Shown one piece after another: positions 36,733 through 46,468 of a stretch of DNA of 64,000 nt (positions are counted from its first letter, which is position 1; each line of letters opens with the position of its first letter). The stretch lies in contig JAUXYI010000034.1 in the NCBI GenBank assembly GCA_030694425.1, positions 31,298-95,297 on the forward strand, written 5' to 3'. A program made the position numbers and the translations under genes. The stretch is from Thermodesulfovibrionia bacterium (GTDB lineage: Bacteria > Nitrospirota > Thermodesulfovibrionia > UBA6902 > BMS3Bbin08). Below the pieces are notes generated by a model that searched no databases, had not been told where the DNA came from, and saw nothing but the letters and a program-made list of their open reading frames with translations.

Positions 36733-38101
36733 ATGGCTAACTAAAAATTGGCTCTCAATAACAGTGCCGGCTGTTGTTTTTCTATCCTTCTTTGTGGTTG
36801 CCATCTGGGCGAGAAGAACTGTTTGTAATTATCTTAACGAGCTGCTATCTAAAATCAAGTGGGAAGGAAGAGAGATATTTCTTCAGAGAATCAGGCTTTC
36901 TTTTTTTCAATGGTGTCTTATATTAGGCGCCTATGCTGCCATTCAGGTTTCAATATTGTCACCGTATGGCAAAGCGTTGACAGGAAAAATTCTGGGGAGC
37001 ATTTTTGTTATTTCTCTGACATGGGCGATTATTAATCTTGCTGAAAAATTACTTAAAATATATTTAAACAAGATAAAGGCACTATCTCTGCTTCCAACAA
37101 ATCTAATAATCAATGCGGTGCGGATTACCTTTGTTGTCGTAGGAGTGTTGATATTGCTTGACATATGGCTAATACCCACTACTCCGTTAGTTTTGGTTCT
37201 TACTATAGGATTATTAGTAATTATTCTGGCATCTCGTGATGAAATACTTAATATTTTTTCGGGATTTGAATTAGCCCGCGGCAGTTTAATCAAGATAGGC
37301 GATTATGTCAAACTTGAGTCAGGTGAGGAAGGGTATGTTTCTAATATAACATTGAGGAATATCCAGATTAAATCCTCTGATGACAGAACCATCCTTGTGC
37401 CTAATAGTAAGTTTACCAAAACAACAATAACCACTTACAGAAAACCTCTTAAAAAGGCAATACAGCCATTCCGTTTTTATACGCAGCTCCATATAAAAGA
37501 ATTGACAGGGCTTAAGGCAAGAAATCTATCAGAACTTGTTAGCATATTGAAAGATGTCCCTGACTCAGTAGTTTATTACCACACTCACCATTTCGTAGAA
37601 GAATATCAGTATCTCACCCCTCAACCAGCCAATGAGTTTGCATTATGGGTCAGTGATGTCATAGGTGATGAGATTCTTGCAGAGAAGTTGTCCAATATAG
37701 ATACCTTTGAATTCTCTACAATCGGCGAGCTAAGAGAAAGGGTCATAGCTGTTATCAATGAAGAGCTATCAACAAGAGGTGATGGACGGACAGCATTTGA
37801 AGGAAGGGAATTCCATTTTATTAAATCAGTAAGTGTAATCTTACCTACTCCCTATGTTGCCCATGATTTAAGAGAATTTGTAGAGGTTTTACGGAAAGTG
37901 AGTATAGATTCTCTTTATTTCCATATCTTTGAGTCAAGGTTAAGACTTCATAGAGGGGTTAATGACTTTTCCATCTGGCTTCAGGATTGTCTGGATGAAA
38001 GAGATCTGGCTGATAAGATTGCTGTGTTAGACCCTTATAACTATACACTGGAAGGCTTGAGGTTTGTAATAATCCAGCTTATTGAAGAACGCATTAAGTA
38101 G
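36725..38101 (+). CDS. MscS-family mechanosensitive channel with a ~200-aa duplicated C-terminal extension
   Basis: TM helices plus the beta-domain GDYVKLESGEEGYVSNITLRNIQIKSSDDRTILVPNSKF. The C-terminus holds two similar modules (DSVVYYHTHHF... / DSLYFHIFES...), possibly DUF5752-like. Confidence 0.8.
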   Translation: MIEWLTKNWLSITVPAVVFLSFFVVAIWARRTVCNYLNELLSKIKWEGREIFLQRIRLSFFQWCLILGAYAAIQVSILSPYGKALTGKILGSIFVISLTWAIINLAEKLLKIYLNKIKALSLLPTNLIINAVRITFVVVGVLILLDIWLIPTTPLVLVLTIGLLVIILASRDEILNIFSGFELARGSLIKIGDYVKLESGEEGYVSNITLRNIQIKSSDDRTILVPNSKFTKTTITTYRKPLKKAIQPFRFYTQLHIKELTGLKARNLSELVSILKDVPDSVVYYHTHHFVEEYQYLTPQPANEFALWVSDVIGDEILAEKLSNIDTFEFSTIGELRERVIAVINEELSTRGDGRTAFEGREFHFIKSVSVILPTPYVAHDLREFVEVLRKVSIDSLYFHIFESRLRLHRGVNDFSIWLQDCLDERDLADKIAVLDPYNYTLEGLRFVIIQLIEERIK

Positions 38102-39359
38102 GAGAATTTATTTGGAAAAAGAAATATTTCACCATCCAAAGGCTAAAATACAGGATTATGTGCCTGTCGTAGGCAGAAGCACTATTGAAGAACTCAGGGC
38201 GCTTGCCGAGAGGTTATCAGGAAAGGTCATACAGAACATAAATTCAACATTCACAGGCGGAGGCGTGGCTGAAATACTTACGCGTATGGTGCCTTTGTTG
38301 AACCAGCTTGGCGTTGATGCCAGATGGACAACCATTAAGGGGAATGAAGAGTTTTTTGGTGTAACAAAAAAGTTTCACAATTCGCTCCATGGCAGAAAGG
38401 AGCATATTTCATCTGAGGATTTATCCTTATTCTTAGAAGTGAACAAGAAGAATGTTGGAGAGTTAATATTTGATGGCGACATTATTTTTGTTCATGACCC
38501 TCAACCTGTTGCTTTGATATCGGAAAAGAAAAGGTTTGGGGAAAAGTGGATATGGCGATGCCATATTGATGTTTCTAATCCAGATAAGAGGGTCTGGGAA
38601 TTTGTGCGGAATTTTGTTGCAGAATATGATGCTGCTGTTTTCTCGGCCCCAAACTTTACTCAGCAGTTGCCTATCCGCCAATTTCTGATTTCTCCATCTA
38701 TAGACCCCTTAAGTGACAAAAATAAAGAACTTCCATCAGAGGTTATTGATTCAGTGTTTGACAAATATGGTTTGGATAAAGACAAACCTATTATTGCCCA
38801 GATTTCCCGATTTGATTATTTGAAGGATCCCCTTGGCGTGATACAGGCATTTGAGATGGTAAGAAAAAGCATAGATTGTCAACTCATTCTGGCAGGCGGC
38901 ACAGCGACTGATGACCCTGAATCTGAAAAGGTATTAGACGAGGTAAGAGAGCGGGTATCCGGTAACCCTGATATACACATATTGCTTATCCCCCCAGAAA
39001 GTGATATAGAGATTAATGCCCTGCAGCGAGCAGCAACTGTAATCCTGCAGAAGTCAATAAAAGAAGGTTTTGGACTTACTGTAACTGAAGCATTGTGGAA
39101 AGGGAAACCAGTAGTGGCTTCTGCTGTAGGAGGGATACAACTTCAGGTTAAAAACAAATTTACCGGTTTGCTTTGTCATAGCATTGAGGGAGCCGCATAT
39201 GCTATAAAGCGGCTTTTGAGCAACCCTGAGTATGCTGACTGGCTTGGTAAAAATGCACGAGAACATGTACGGCAAAACTTCTTAATAACCCGTCATCTTA
39301 AAGATTACCTGCTTCTTTTTATTTCATTATATTATCCCTCTGATGTGATTTACTTATGA
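38082..39359 (+). CDS. GT4 glycosyltransferase, TreT-like (trehalose glycosyltransferring synthase family)
   Basis: GGGVAEIL...ARWTTIKGNEEFFGVTKKFHNSLHG resembles archaeal TreT. C-terminal KEGFGLTVTEALWKGKPVV. The likely start is the TTG at 38112, after AGGAGA. Confidence 0.75.
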   Translation: MKNALSRRIYLEKEIFHHPKAKIQDYVPVVGRSTIEELRALAERLSGKVIQNINSTFTGGGVAEILTRMVPLLNQLGVDARWTTIKGNEEFFGVTKKFHNSLHGRKEHISSEDLSLFLEVNKKNVGELIFDGDIIFVHDPQPVALISEKKRFGEKWIWRCHIDVSNPDKRVWEFVRNFVAEYDAAVFSAPNFTQQLPIRQFLISPSIDPLSDKNKELPSEVIDSVFDKYGLDKDKPIIAQISRFDYLKDPLGVIQAFEMVRKSIDCQLILAGGTATDDPESEKVLDEVRERVSGNPDIHILLIPPESDIEINALQRAATVILQKSIKEGFGLTVTEALWKGKPVVASAVGGIQLQVKNKFTGLLCHSIEGAAYAIKRLLSNPEYADWLGKNAREHVRQNFLITRHLKDYLLLFISLYYPSDVIYL

Positions 39360-39443
39360 TAAAGTGGACACGTTTTATAAGAACTTAAAATTGCCGACAG
39401 GATTGCGCTGAAGTAAAGCATATTTTATGCTACCATAAAAACC

Positions 39444-40727
39444 ATGGAATTTGAATTTTTAAAATCACTGGTCATCATCTTAGGCGCATCAGCGCTGGTT
39501 GTGTTTTTGCTTCACAAACTGAAGATCCCTTCTGTTGTCGGCTTTCTTGTTGCGGGAGTTATCATCGGTCCTTACGGCATCGGAATTGTGAAAGACGTCC
39601 GTTCCGTAGAAATCATGGCAGAGATTGGCGTTATACTTCTCCTTTTTACCATTGGCATTGAGTTTTCAATGGCAAGGCTTGTCAGGATGAAAAAGGCTGT
39701 TTTAGGGGCGGGCGGGCTCCAGGTATTGTTCACCATTTGCCTGTCTGCTGTTTTTGCATATCTTGCAACTGGACAGGTCAATAAATCCGTTTTTACCGGG
39801 TTTCTTATTGCATTAAGCAGTACTGCGATTGTCCTGAAAATGCTTTCGGAACAGGGAGAAACGGACTCACCACACGGACGCATAATGGTGGGTATATTGA
39901 TCTTTCAGGATCTCTGTGTTGTGCCCCTTATGCTTCTTATCCCCACTCTTACCGCCGAAGGGGTACAGGTAACGGATGTCGCAATAAAAATGGGAAAAGC
40001 GGCATTGATTATAGCGATTGTGCTTTTGGGGGCAAAGTGGATAGTCCCCGGGCTCCTCCATAAAATTGTACATACAAGAAGCCGTGAGCTATTCATAACA
40101 ACAATCATTCTCCTTTGCCTTGGCATTGCCCTTTTAACCTCTAAATTCGGGCTATCCCTTGCCCTCGGAGCATTTTTAGCCGGCCTCATCATATCGGAAT
40201 CAGAGTATGCACATCAGGCATCAGCAGATATATTGCCTTTTAAAGACAGTTTTATCGGGCTGTTTTTTGTCTCCATAGGGATGCTGATGGATACAGGGTA
40301 TATAGCAGATAATTTTTTAAAGATTTCAGTAGCTGTTATATCAATATTCGGATTAAAGGTTATAACCGGGATGTTTTCAGCCCTAATAATAGGCAGCCCT
40401 TTTAGGGCTTCCATCCATGCAGGGTTAGGTCTCGCCCAGATAGGGGATTTTTCCTTTGTTCTTGCTGTTGCAGGAAAGGTGTCCGGACTCATAACAGAGG
40501 ATTTTTATCAGATATTTCTCGCCTCTTCCGTCATTACCATGATCGCAACGCCCTTTATCCTTAAGGCTGCACCCGGGCTGTCCGCATGGATAACATCACG
40601 TCATCTGTTAGAAAAAGCAGCCCGGCTTAAAAAGATTTCAGAAGGCGAGGGATTTCCACGAAAAAGGCATGGGCATGTAATAATTATAGGATTCGGTCTA
40701 AATGGGAAGAACCTTGCTAGTATTTAA
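39444..40727 (+). CDS. CPA2 (Kef-type) cation:proton antiporter, membrane part, truncated by a MITE insertion
   Basis: Polytopic CPA2-like protein. It ends inside the first beta-strand/Gly loop of the TrkA-N fold (GHVIIIGFGLNGKNLA-SI*). Confidence 0.8.
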   Translation: MEFEFLKSLVIILGASALVVFLLHKLKIPSVVGFLVAGVIIGPYGIGIVKDVRSVEIMAEIGVILLLFTIGIEFSMARLVRMKKAVLGAGGLQVLFTICLSAVFAYLATGQVNKSVFTGFLIALSSTAIVLKMLSEQGETDSPHGRIMVGILIFQDLCVVPLMLLIPTLTAEGVQVTDVAIKMGKAALIIAIVLLGAKWIVPGLLHKIVHTRSRELFITTIILLCLGIALLTSKFGLSLALGAFLAGLIISESEYAHQASADILPFKDSFIGLFFVSIGMLMDTGYIADNFLKISVAVISIFGLKVITGMFSALIIGSPFRASIHAGLGLAQIGDFSFVLAVAGKVSGLITEDFYQIFLASSVITMIATPFILKAAPGLSAWITSRHLLEKAARLKKISEGEGFPRKRHGHVIIIGFGLNGKNLASI

Positions 40728-40858
40728 TTGCATAAGTTCTATATCCGTCATTCCCGCAGGTATTAAGCGGGAATCCAGTATTTTCTTTGGTTTTTCTGGA
40801 TTCCTGCTTTCGCAGGAATGACAAACATAAGTCGCTAATTTATACAACTAAACACTAG
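40721..40858. mobile_element. family A MITE (134 bp plus CTAG duplication) splitting the Kef-type gene
   Basis: CTAG at 40717-40720 and again at 40855-40858, a 138-bp offset. Core gtcattcccgc..gcgggaatccag...ctggattcctgc..gcaggaatgac at 40747-40822. Confidence 0.8.
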
Positions 40859-40913
40859 GGTTTTAAGGGAAATTGAGATTCCCTATGTTGTACTGGAGAT
40901 AAACAGTGATACT

Positions 40914-41567
40914 GTGAGAGATATGAAAGAGAAGGGAGAACCTATCTATTATGGTGACGGGACAAGCAAGGAGATACTCTATAAACTCGGCGTTGAGAGG
41001 GCAAAGCTTCTCGTTGTAGCAATCTCCGACCCTGCCTCTACAAGAAAAATAACCTCAATTGCAAGACATGAAAACGCAGGTCTTTACATCATCGTAAGGA
41101 CGAGATACCTTGCCGAAGTGGATGACCTGAAGGCGCTCGGAGCAGATGAGGTAATACCTGAGGAGTTTGAGACCTCAATAGAAATATTCGCAAGAGTACT
41201 TCATCACTACCGCTTTCCTCATAATGTAATAATGGATATAGTTGATAGGATAAGAAGTCGTAATTATACAGCATTGAGAAGTGTAGAGATTCAAAAAAGG
41301 CATCTCTTTGAAAAATGCGAGTGGCTTCCTGAAATAGAATTAGATGGTTATAGAGTGCCAGAGGATTCACATTTTATTGAAAAGAGCATCGCTGAACTTC
41401 AGGTGAGAAAAAAGACAGGAGTCACAATTATAGCAGTAAGGAGAAGCTCAAAGGTATTTACTAATCCTGAACCGGATTTCAGGTTTAAGGGAGGGGACAT
41501 TATACTATTTACAGGTGATAGAGAGAGTATGAATATGGCATTGAATTATCTCAAGGGAGGATTTTAA
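40914..41567 (+). CDS. RCK (TrkA-N remainder plus TrkA-C) fragment of the split Kef-type antiporter
   Basis: Same reading frame as 39444. The open frame back to 40839 reads RVLREIEIPYVVLEINSDTVRDMKEKGEPIYYGDGTS, continuing the Rossmann fold. RCK_C-like LDGYRVPEDSHFIEKSIAEL... Confidence 0.75.
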   Translation: MRDMKEKGEPIYYGDGTSKEILYKLGVERAKLLVVAISDPASTRKITSIARHENAGLYIIVRTRYLAEVDDLKALGADEVIPEEFETSIEIFARVLHHYRFPHNVIMDIVDRIRSRNYTALRSVEIQKRHLFEKCEWLPEIELDGYRVPEDSHFIEKSIAELQVRKKTGVTIIAVRRSSKVFTNPEPDFRFKGGDIILFTGDRESMNMALNYLKGGF

Positions 41568-42566
41568 ATGCTTCTCTGGTTTGAATTTTTAATCTGCACA
41601 TCTGTAATTGTTTATTCAGGGATAAGGCTTTCAAAATACGGCGATATTATCGCCGAAAAGACAGGACTTGGAAGAGCATGGATAGGCGTTGTGCTGATGG
41701 CATCTGTAACGTCTCTTCCTGAACTCGTTACAGGAATAAGTTCTGTAACATATGCAGGCGTTCCTGATATAGCAGTGGGTGATGTACTGGGAAGCTGTGT
41801 TTTTAATATGCTCATCCTTGCACTTCTTGATGCTGTATATCGTCCTATGCCTATATCTGCAAAAGCACATCACGGACACGTGCTTTCTGCTGCTTTTGGA
41901 ATACTTCTTTTGGGTATTGTTACAATAAGTCTTTTTTTAGGAAATCGCATTCTTCCATTGGGATGGATAGGGATTTATACTCTGTTGTTTGTGGTTATCT
42001 ATTTTATTGCAATGAGGTTAGTCTATTCTTATGAAAGAAAACAGATATCTGCCTTTGTTAAAGAAATTGCGGTGGAACTGAAATACAAAGACATCGCAAC
42101 AAAGACTGCTGTTGTCAATTATGCTGTTAATGCAATCATTATTATAATTGCTGCCACTTTCTTACCCAAAATAGGCGAGGGCATTGCTGAAACAACTGGT
42201 CTTGGACAGACCTTTGTGGGCAATATTTTTATTGCAATTTCCACATCACTTCCAGAGGTGGTTGTGTCAATCGCTGCTGTAAAAATCGGTTCTATAGATC
42301 TTGCAATTGGCAATCTATTTGGAAGCAATATATTTAATATATTCATTCTTGCTATTGACGACATCCTTTTTACCAAAGGCCCACTTCTTTCCTTTGTTAA
42401 TCAGAATCATATAATCTCTGCTGTATTTGCCATCGCCATGACAACCACTGCTATTATAGGATTAACTTACCGTGCAGAAAGAAAGCCTTTGTTTTTAGCC
42501 TGGGATTCGCTTGGAATACTTCTGATATATGTAATCAATCTTATGCTGCTTTATATGCTTAGATAG
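41568..42566 (+). CDS. Ca2+:cation antiporter (CaCA / YrbG-like) family protein
   Basis: Two alpha-repeats, ASVTSLPELVTGISS and ISTSLPEVVVSIAA; GNLFGSNIFNI. Confidence 0.8.
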   Translation: MLLWFEFLICTSVIVYSGIRLSKYGDIIAEKTGLGRAWIGVVLMASVTSLPELVTGISSVTYAGVPDIAVGDVLGSCVFNMLILALLDAVYRPMPISAKAHHGHVLSAAFGILLLGIVTISLFLGNRILPLGWIGIYTLLFVVIYFIAMRLVYSYERKQISAFVKEIAVELKYKDIATKTAVVNYAVNAIIIIIAATFLPKIGEGIAETTGLGQTFVGNIFIAISTSLPEVVVSIAAVKIGSIDLAIGNLFGSNIFNIFILAIDDILFTKGPLLSFVNQNHIISAVFAIAMTTTAIIGLTYRAERKPLFLAWDSLGILLIYVINLMLLYMLR

Positions 42567-42690
42567 TGTTTAACCCTCATTTAAGATAGATAGCTTTCAT
42601 CTTCAACTAAAAGTTGGAACTTTTGGATATGAAAAAGTAGTTTCCAGTTTGTCTATCAGGATGATAAGTATAAAAAATATAAAAATCATA

Positions 42691-43512
42691 TCAATCTGAT
42701 TTTAATGTAAGATAACCTGAAAAGATTATCAGTAACCCACCGATAAGTGAACCTGCGACTGGGAACTCACCTAAAAATATCATTCCGAAGATTACCGCAC
42801 CAACCGGCTCAAGATAACCGAGCACAGCAGTCCTGTTAGCAGAGACATGCTGAAGACCCTTGAAATATAAAATAGGCGCAATAGTGGAATGCACTACTCC
42901 CATCAGGAGGAAACTCCACAGGGCATTGAGTGGAATCTCTTTTATAAAGGGTGCAAGAAGAACAGCCATAACAGCATTTGAGAAAAAGGCAAGCACAAGC
43001 GGGTTAAATTCCTGAGCAAGGACTCTGAGGAAAATAATGATTATTGCATATGCGACACCTGAACTGAGACCCGCGATTATCCCTGCTGAATGGTTTTCTG
43101 TAAAGGAAAATCCATTAAGCATAATCCAGAGCCCTGTTGATGCTACAATTATTGATATAATAATTTTTCTTGTTATTGTCTCTTGCAGGAAGACAGGGGC
43201 AAGGAATGCAACGATTATAGGTGCCGTATAATGTGTAAGAACGGCATTTGCAATTGTGGTATGCTTAAAGGCATAAAAATATGTAAATGTATTTAAAAGC
43301 GAGAATATGCCCAGTATAACAGGGTACTTCAGTTTCTTTACATTAGGGATTTTTCCCCTGTAATCCCTCTGCAATAAGATTGTCGCCTGAATGGTTATTG
43401 CGACTACGGCGGAATAAAAGATAAGTACATGTACTGCAACACCTGACAGTTTTACAACCACTCCGAGGGAACTCCACAGAAGTATTGCTATAATGATATT
43501 TAAATAACCCAT
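42691..43512 (-). CDS. EamA/DMT family transporter
   Basis: 10-TM protein with two EamA-like halves. Confidence 0.8.
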   Translation of the reverse strand: MGYLNIIIAILLWSSLGVVVKLSGVAVHVLIFYSAVVAITIQATILLQRDYRGKIPNVKKLKYPVILGIFSLLNTFTYFYAFKHTTIANAVLTHYTAPIIVAFLAPVFLQETITRKIIISIIVASTGLWIMLNGFSFTENHSAGIIAGLSSGVAYAIIIIFLRVLAQEFNPLVLAFFSNAVMAVLLAPFIKEIPLNALWSFLLMGVVHSTIAPILYFKGLQHVSANRTAVLGYLEPVGAVIFGMIFLGEFPVAGSLIGGLLIIFSGYLTLKSD

Positions 43513-43563
43513 ATAAAAGAGAATTCAAAAAGTAAATTTTAAAATTAATTTTTGGATTTACTT

Positions 43564-44727
43564 TTACAGCTCTAATTTTTTCACCTGCTCAAGCACAAAT
43601 GTTCTTATTTTCTTTGCAGGCGAGAGTGGTTGTAATACTTTGTTTTCTTTAATAAAAGGGATGAGGACATCGCTGAATTTTCCCCCGCAGTGGCATTTAA
43701 ATGTTTTTATTGAATTTTTTAGAGGAACTATAAGTGAGGCGTTGCATCTGCTACAGCGCAGGACTCTCTTACTTCCTGACCACTTGCCTCTTTTAGCAAG
43801 AGGTTTGCCTTCAACCTCCATTATATCCATGGCAAAATCTACAACCGGGGCATTGCTGATAGATGTGCCAATGCCATAAGCATCAACCACGGGATTAAGC
43901 ACAGGGATGTCTTCCTCTTTGATACCGCCGCTAACAAAGAGCTTTACATGTTTATATCCCCTTAAATCAAGCTCCCATTTCACTTCTTCAAGAATGCGGT
44001 AAAAGTCTCCTCTTCTTGAAGACGGCGTGTCAAGCCTGATACCAAAAAGTTTTTTGCCCATTGCCTCTGCAACATTAAGGGCTTCAAACTTCTCATCTAA
44101 AAATGTATCAATAAGCGCAACCCTTTTAAATTTGGACTCCAGTACCTCATCATAAGCCTTTATAGCCTCAACTGTAGAACCCATGCAAATTATAAGTGCA
44201 TGGGGCATTGTTCCCATAGGGTCTTCTCCGATAATCTCTCCTGATTTTACGACTGCGACTCCATCACAGCCTCCAATATAGGCATTTCTCTCTATCATGG
44301 GCGCCAGAATAGGATGCATTCTTCTTGCGCCAAAGCTTATCACAAGACGTTCTCCTGCAAGTTTTTTAAGCCTTGCAGCTTTTGTAGCAATGCCCGATGC
44401 CTGGCATATCAGACCAAGAATAGCGGTTTCATAGACACAGAAATCCTGATATTTACCTTCGATTTCCATTACTGGCTCATAAGGATAAAAAACAGTACCC
44501 TCTTTTAATGCCCTTACTTTGACCGGTAAATGTTTTAGCAGATAAGCAACTTCTTCCATGCCTGCAAGCACAGCCCACTGCCACCCATCTGGAAAATTTT
44601 TAGCAATAAATTCTGCTTTTACAGTAGGGTTAATACCCTTAGCCTTAAGGATTTTTAAGGTACGCTCAAAATAAACGTCTGTTATTTTCCCATCGAGTAT
44701 GTCTTTAGGTTCTGCAGTATGGAACAT
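43564..44727 (-). CDS. pncB: nicotinate phosphoribosyltransferase (short type) with C-terminal Zn-ribbon-like tail
   Basis: NAPRTase-type motifs (GTMPHALI, RLDTPSSRRG). C-terminal CSRC...CHCGG. Confidence 0.8.
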   Translation of the reverse strand: MFHTAEPKDILDGKITDVYFERTLKILKAKGINPTVKAEFIAKNFPDGWQWAVLAGMEEVAYLLKHLPVKVRALKEGTVFYPYEPVMEIEGKYQDFCVYETAILGLICQASGIATKAARLKKLAGERLVISFGARRMHPILAPMIERNAYIGGCDGVAVVKSGEIIGEDPMGTMPHALIICMGSTVEAIKAYDEVLESKFKRVALIDTFLDEKFEALNVAEAMGKKLFGIRLDTPSSRRGDFYRILEEVKWELDLRGYKHVKLFVSGGIKEEDIPVLNPVVDAYGIGTSISNAPVVDFAMDIMEVEGKPLAKRGKWSGSKRVLRCSRCNASLIVPLKNSIKTFKCHCGGKFSDVLIPFIKENKVLQPLSPAKKIRTFVLEQVKKLEL

Positions 44728-44737
44728 TTATCCTCCT

Positions 44738-44956
44738 TCAAGGGAGAATTTTTACTCTTCTTTTTCTGTATCCCAGAGGGATGAAATCATCTCTCTCCTT
44801 CTCTTCAATCTTCTTCAATCCAAGCCGAATAAGAATCTTTCTTTCCTCTTCATCCCTTTTAGCCCTCTTTCTATATTTCCCGAAACCAAGCTTGTCTCTT
44901 AGCACGAGTATATCAACCGGAGAAACATCTTCATATTTCTTCATTCTTACTTTCAT
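44738..44956 (-). CDS. small Lys/Arg/Glu-rich hypothetical protein
   Basis: 72-aa ORF ending 10 nt before the pncB start. No family recognised. Confidence 0.35.
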   Translation of the reverse strand: MKVRMKKYEDVSPVDILVLRDKLGFGKYRKRAKRDEEERKILIRLGLKKIEEKERDDFIPLGYRKRRVKILP

Positions 44957-45149
44957 TGTTCAGCTTTCCTCTTTAAAGGAGGTTCTGTCTGCTTTATTCT
45001 GTCAGGAATTTCCTCGGTAGTCATAACTTAGATAATAATAACAACTCTTTGTTGTTACTACAAGCGAAAATAAGATGGGAATTCGGTTCGTTATTTACCT
45101 TGCAGATTTCAATCTTCATGTAATGCAGAAACTGAAAAGGCAAGAGGGT

Positions 45150-45674
45150 TTATTCGATATCCACCCCCAGCACATTTTTCATAATCCTCAGTGCGGCATC
45201 GTGGTCTTTTTTTGATAAACCGGCAACACCATTTGCGACTACCGTGACTTTATAATCCCTTAAAACTGCATCTGATGCAGTGAACATGATACAGATATGA
45301 GTAACGCATCCTGTAAGCCTGAGAGAGTTAATATCAAGGGATTTTAGAGTCTCACTTAGCTTTGTATTGTAAAAACCAGAATAGGTAGTTTTTTTAATGA
45401 TTATGTCGTCAGGTTCTGGCTCAAGTTCATCAACAATCTCTGCACCTCTTGTTTCTTTCACTGCATGTGCAGGCCAGCCGAATTTAGAGAACTCTTTATC
45501 GTTTTTATCATGGGCATCACAGACATAGATAACAGGAATGCCCTTAGCCCTTGCCTCGCTTATTTCTTTTTTTATGACCGGAATAATTTTTCTTGTCTCG
45601 GGAACCTCCAGCGGCGCTCCCTCAAGAACAAAGTCATTCAGCATATCTATTATCAGGAGTGCTTCTTCAGGCAT
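45150..45674 (-). CDS. pncA: nicotinamidase / isochorismatase-family hydrolase
   Basis: LLIIDMLNDF, VIYVCDAHD, LTGCVTHICI. Confidence 0.8.
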   Translation of the reverse strand: MPEEALLIIDMLNDFVLEGAPLEVPETRKIIPVIKKEISEARAKGIPVIYVCDAHDKNDKEFSKFGWPAHAVKETRGAEIVDELEPEPDDIIIKKTTYSGFYNTKLSETLKSLDINSLRLTGCVTHICIMFTASDAVLRDYKVTVVANGVAGLSKKDHDAALRIMKNVLGVDIE

Positions 45675-45688
45675 AAGAACATCTCTTT

Positions 45689-45775
45689 TAAAATCAAAAA
45701 TTAAATATCAAAAATTAAAATTGTGGAAGAATATTTTAAATTCATAACTCCTTAATTTTGATTTTTGCATTTTCA
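45689..45775. repeat. family E AT-rich repeat
   Basis: Its reverse complement aligns with the 51739-51850 copy (aaaatgcaaaa..aaaattaagga...ttccacaatttt). Confidence 0.55.
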
Positions 45776-46258
45776 TTTTCCCTTAAATTTCTCCTTCAAA
45801 GCCCTTTCGACCACCTCAGGCACCAACCCTTTAACAGAGCCTCCAAAATATGCCACTTCTTTGACCATAGTGGAAGATAGGAAAGTATATTCCTCGCTCG
45901 GCATCATAAAAACCGTTTCAATATCTGAATTAAGACGCCTGTTCATCAGAGCCATCTGCAGCTCATATTCAAAATCAGAAACTGCCCTTAGCCCGCGCAC
46001 GATGGCAATGCTTTTTTTATTTTTTGCATAGTCAACCAGAAGACTGTCAAATACTTCTACCTTTGCCCCTTTTAATTTTTTTATTGATTGCCTTATTAAA
46101 TCTATTCTTTCCTTTATCGTAAAAAGAGTCTCTTTTTTTTGGCTAAGCGCAGCAGCTACTATTACCTCGTCAAATATCTTCAAGGTTCTTTGAATTAAAT
46201 CAATATGCCCATTGGTGATTGGGTCAAATGTGCCTGGATATATTGCGATTTTACTCAT
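45773..46258 (-). CDS. coaD: phosphopantetheine adenylyltransferase
   Basis: YPGTFDPITNGH signature. Confidence 0.95.
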   Translation of the reverse strand: MSKIAIYPGTFDPITNGHIDLIQRTLKIFDEVIVAAALSQKKETLFTIKERIDLIRQSIKKLKGAKVEVFDSLLVDYAKNKKSIAIVRGLRAVSDFEYELQMALMNRRLNSDIETVFMMPSEEYTFLSSTMVKEVAYFGGSVKGLVPEVVERALKEKFKGK

Positions 46259-46329
46259 TATCTTCTCCTTTATATAATGTTTATACCTGAATCGCGTAAT
46301 AAAGATACCCCTTCCTTTTATATTTTAAG

Positions 46330-46457
46330 TCAAAAATTAAAGATAAAAAATCAAAAATACATATCAAAATGTAAAAATTATCTCTGCTTTTTATAAACTT
46401 ATTTTGAATTTTGATTTGTCATTTTGCATTTTGATTTTTTATTTTTAATTTTTAAAA
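46330..46457. repeat. family E-like AT-rich inverted repeat
   Basis: Arms 46330-46371 and 46419-46457 are near reverse complements (tcaaaaattaaagataaaaaatcaaaaa... / ...tttttgattttttatttttaatttttaa). Confidence 0.45.
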
Positions 46458-46468
46458 GTCCTATGTTA

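Noticed and set aside
36421-36804. 127-aa minus-strand ORF spanning the otsB/MscS junction
   Set aside because: It is antisense to two overlapping, motif-supported plus-strand genes.
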